Below are positions 8,013-10,390 of a DNA stretch of 10,390 nucleotides, piece after piece (position 1 is the stretch's first letter; each line of letters opens with the position of its first letter). The notes beneath the pieces are model-generated. The model was given only the letters and a program-made list of their open reading frames with translations. It did no database searches and was not told where the DNA came from. Origin of the DNA: Treponemataceae bacterium (lineage in GTDB: Bacteria; Spirochaetota; Spirochaetia; Treponematales; Rectinemataceae); the NCBI GenBank assembly GCA_963677895.2, contig CAXXGJ010000037.1:1-10390 (forward strand), in the 5' to 3' direction. The translations under genes were made by a program, and so were the position numbers.

Positions 8013-8118
8013 GTCACAAAAAAGAAGATTATAGCGTGCTATAAAAAATGTGCCGGGGCACAGTTACTCGGTGGATTAGGGTTCCGAGACGATGAACATG
8101 TAGATGGAAGAGAATGGC

Positions 8119-8146
8119 GACAAACGGGCTGCGTAAAGGCAGCCCG
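8119..8146 (-). terminator. Probable terminator downstream of the GntR gene
   Basis: Perfect 8-bp stem cgggctgc (8125-8132)/gcagcccg (8139-8146), 6 nt after the stop codon. It is followed by only a short TTTGT tail on the - strand. Confidence 0.6.
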
Positions 8147-8152
8147 AAAACA

Positions 8153-8818
8153 TCAACGCTTCCGGAGAAGCGCGGCCATGGCGCGCTTTTCACCATTGCG
8201 GAGGTGCGTCTGCACGCTTTCGGACACTTTGGCCGGGTCCCGTGTCTTGAGCGCATCGATGATGGAAAGATGCTCCTGAAGAACCTCGTTGACGATCTGC
8301 TCATGCATGACCGGGGAATCCTCGGGGAAATAGCGAATCCTTATCGACATCTGATGCACTCGCCTGATCGTATCTTTGAGAAACGCATTCGGCAGATGGA
8401 TATAGAGAATCTCGTGCATTTTAGTATCTGAAGCCACATAACGGTCATTGTTGAAAGGAGACTGCTTGATGTTGAGGATCTCGCCGCGTATCGCCTCCAC
8501 CTCGCTGTCCGGTATCAGGCTGGCGCTCTTCCCCGCCGCGTAAGGTTCGAGGAGTTGCCTCATTTCCCAGTTGTTGAGGATATCGTCGGCCTGGATATCT
8601 GTGACGATGGCGCCTTTGTTGGGGATGAGCGTCACGAGACTTTCCGCCTCAAGCCGAACGAGCGCTTCCCTCACCGGGGTGGCGCTGACGCCAAAATCTT
8701 CAGCCAGCCGGTCGATCGGCAGCACCGAATTGGGAGCATAGGTATTCTTGAGAATGGAATCCCGCAGCGCGTCGTAAATCTGGTCGCGCATGGAAAGCGT
8801 CACGATTTTTTTCGTCAT
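8153..8818 (-). CDS. GntR-family transcriptional regulator, FadR/FCD subfamily
   Basis: N-terminal wHTH LAEDFGVSATPVREALVRLEAE...PNKGAIV. C-terminal FCD motifs EMRQLLE, DTKMHEIL, EHLSIIDAL..RD and HL. 221 aa, divergent from the ThDP enzyme gene. Confidence 0.93.
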   Translation of the reverse strand: MTKKIVTLSMRDQIYDALRDSILKNTYAPNSVLPIDRLAEDFGVSATPVREALVRLEAESLVTLIPNKGAIVTDIQADDILNNWEMRQLLEPYAAGKSASLIPDSEVEAIRGEILNIKQSPFNNDRYVASDTKMHEILYIHLPNAFLKDTIRRVHQMSIRIRYFPEDSPVMHEQIVNEVLQEHLSIIDALKTRDPAKVSESVQTHLRNGEKRAMAALLRKR

Positions 8819-8872
8819 ATGGACACCAGGCCTTTCTTTTCAGCGTTAAGTACCGAATGAAATCTCCATTCC

Positions 8873-8906
8873 GATATAATATATCATCGATTCAATAAGC
8901 TGTACA
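8873..8906 (-). promoter_or_regulatory. Putative gntR promoter overlapped by a GATATA-A-TATATC palindrome
   Basis: On the - strand, TGTACA (8906-8901), a 17-nt spacer ending in TGn, then TATATT (8883-8878). A perfect palindrome at 8873-8885 covers the -10. Confidence 0.5.
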
Positions 8907-8952
8907 GAATGATATTAAAAGTACCGATTTTATAAACTTCTTCAATTGTATC

Positions 8953-9006
8953 TTGTCTATTCGAAAGTGTCATGATAAGATATATGATATAGGATGTGTG
9001 ATATAT
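8953..9006 (+). promoter_or_regulatory. Putative sigma70 promoter and GATATA-heptad operator of the ThDP enzyme gene
   Basis: TTGTCT (8953-8958), a 17-nt spacer, then TAAGAT (8976-8981) preceded by TGn. Four tandem heptads gatatat/gatatag/gatgtgt/gatatat (8979-9006) overlap the -10 and +1. Confidence 0.68.
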
Positions 9007-9094
9007 TTTAGTATACACCTACTTTACTTTATCATTGCGTAATTGTAGAGATAGCGGAAACCATCCTTCGAACTGCATAAAATAGGGGAATATT

Positions 9095-10390
9095 ATGGGG
9101 ACAGTTGCCGAACAGTTGGTCAAGCGTTTCCGTGAGAAAGGCATTCGCTTCGTATTCGGAGTGCCGAGCGGCTCGTGGCTCTATTATATGGAAGCGATGA
9201 GAAAAGAAGGCCTGGACTTCGTGCTTGTCAGCAATGAAGCCTCGGGCGGATTCATGGCCGATGTCTGTGCGAGACTCACCGGCATTCCGGCGGTCTGTTA
9301 CGGAACCGTTGGGCCGGGCGCCACCAATCTCAGCACGGGGGTCGTCAACGCGCTGCTGGATCGATCGCCCATGATCGTGCTTTCGAGCGAACCGCCCGAA
9401 AAGATGATCGGACGCACGGTTCAGATGGCCATCGACCAGCAGGCGCTATTCCGCCCGCTCACGAAGTGGACCACCAGGCTCACCGCCGAGCGAGTCGATC
9501 AGATTGTCGACCAGGCGCTCAGGATAGCCACGAGCGAAGTCCCCGGGCCGGTGCATATCGGTTTGCCGGAGGATCTGGGTTCCCGCAAAGCCATTTCTCA
9601 GAACCTGGGAGCAAGGGTGTTGACCGCGCCCGCCCAGCCCCCGACCGCCGATGAAGCCGCGCTCTCGTCGATGGAAGAGGTTTTCGCCCGATCGCGCCGC
9701 CCCGTTCTGGCGGTCGGCTTGTCGGCCGTCCGGAGCAAGGCAGGCAGCCTCATCGTGCAGCTGGCAGAGAAACACGGCATTCCCGTCATCCTCACCCCGA
9801 TGGCTAAAGGCATCATTTCGGAAGACCATCCCTGGTATGCAGGCGTCCTCTTCCATGCCCTCAGCGACAGGGTAGCGGAAACCCATCGCGACGCCGATCT
9901 CGTCGTTGCCGTCGGCTACGATCCCGTGGAATTCAATTTTGAGGACTGGATGCCCGCTGTTCCGCTCCTCCACCTGGACACCGTGGAAGCCGACATCGAC
10001 CGAAGCGTCTATCGCGAAGTCTACGATATCGTCGGAAATATTCCGGCCTCGCTGAACCGCCTCGTCGCCCTCCCCGCCCTGGATTCGGCTTGGGATAAAA
10101 AAGCCCTCGCCGAACGCAGGCGGAAGATGTTCGAAGACCTTTCCCCGCCTCCCGGAAGTTTCGGCCCGCGCGCTGCCCTGGCCATACTGCGGGAAACCCT
10201 GCCGCAGGACGGCATCATGGCCTGCGACGTAGGCGCCCATACCCACCTTATCGGACAGATGTGGCGCACGCCGGCGCCCGGCCTCCAGCTCATGACGAAC
10301 GGCTGCTCCTCGATGGGATTCAGCGTCCCCGCCGCCATCGCCGCCAAGCTCTGCCGCCCCGACAAGAAGGTCGCCTGCGTCACGGGCGAC
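9095..10390 (+). CDS. Thiamine diphosphate-dependent enzyme, acetolactate synthase-like superfamily (3' end outside window)
   Basis: Not in the ORF track because it has no stop in the window. AGGGG RBS at 9084-9088 and ATG 9095. Manual translation: MGTVAEQLVKRFREKGIRFVFGVPSG...LVSNEASGGFMAD...GPGATNLSTG...DRSP...PGPVHIGLPED...DVGAH...SSMGFSVPAAIAAKL...VACVTGD. It ends at the start of the GDG ThDP/Mg motif after 432 in-frame codons. Confidence 0.93.
   Translation, partial: MGTVAEQLVKRFREKGIRFVFGVPSGSWLYYMEAMRKEGLDFVLVSNEASGGFMADVCARLTGIPAVCYGTVGPGATNLSTGVVNALLDRSPMIVLSSEPPEKMIGRTVQMAIDQQALFRPLTKWTTRLTAERVDQIVDQALRIATSEVPGPVHIGLPEDLGSRKAISQNLGARVLTAPAQPPTADEAALSSMEEVFARSRRPVLAVGLSAVRSKAGSLIVQLAEKHGIPVILTPMAKGIISEDHPWYAGVLFHALSDRVAETHRDADLVVAVGYDPVEFNFEDWMPAVPLLHLDTVEADIDRSVYREVYDIVGNIPASLNRLVALPALDSAWDKKALAERRRKMFEDLSPPPGSFGPRAALAILRETLPQDGIMACDVGAHTHLIGQMWRTPAPGLQLMTNGCSSMGFSVPAAIAAKLCRPDKKVACVTGD

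Noticed and set aside
7992..8431. Short ORFs 7992-8279, 8029-8304 and 8114-8431
   Set aside because: They overlap the gntR gene, its terminator or the TRAP promoter region, and show no recognisable protein features.
328..10383. Numerous long antisense or alternate-frame ORFs (e.g. 328-819, 3122-3889, 4836-5678, 9446-10246, 10021-10383)
   Set aside because: All overlap well-supported genes, lack recognisable motifs, and are the shadow ORFs expected in high-GC coding DNA. 9446-10246 is the antisense shadow of the ThDP gene.
1..10390. CRISPR arrays, IS elements, integrases, tRNA/rRNA
   Set aside because: No repeat-spacer pattern, transposase or recombinase ORF, terminal inverted repeats or tRNA/rRNA signatures were seen.

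Overview
High-GC bacterial window, possibly from a spirochaete (weak inference from the 'LFA'-ending signal peptide of the binding protein), with three modules. (1) The 3' end of a phosphate-regulation operon, phoU(partial)-phoB-phoR (+). (2) A stand-alone NAD-dependent L-glutamate gamma-semialdehyde (P5C) dehydrogenase, pruA (+). Its ~120-nt leader has the architecture of a Moco/Wco riboswitch lacking P3: an 11-nt CCUAAG/UAUGG receptor, a GAAA tetraloop, and a UGGAAAGGAG 3' end that sequesters the RBS. This is an unexpected pairing because PruA is not a Mo/W enzyme. (3) A probable catabolic regulon: a TAXI-TRAP transporter (fused permease plus binding protein, -), a GntR/FCD regulator (-) and a divergent ThDP-dependent enzyme (+, runs off the window, missing from the ORF track). 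The transporter and enzyme promoters share a 35-bp element (29/35 identical) built from GATATA(G/T) heptads, a candidate GntR operator.
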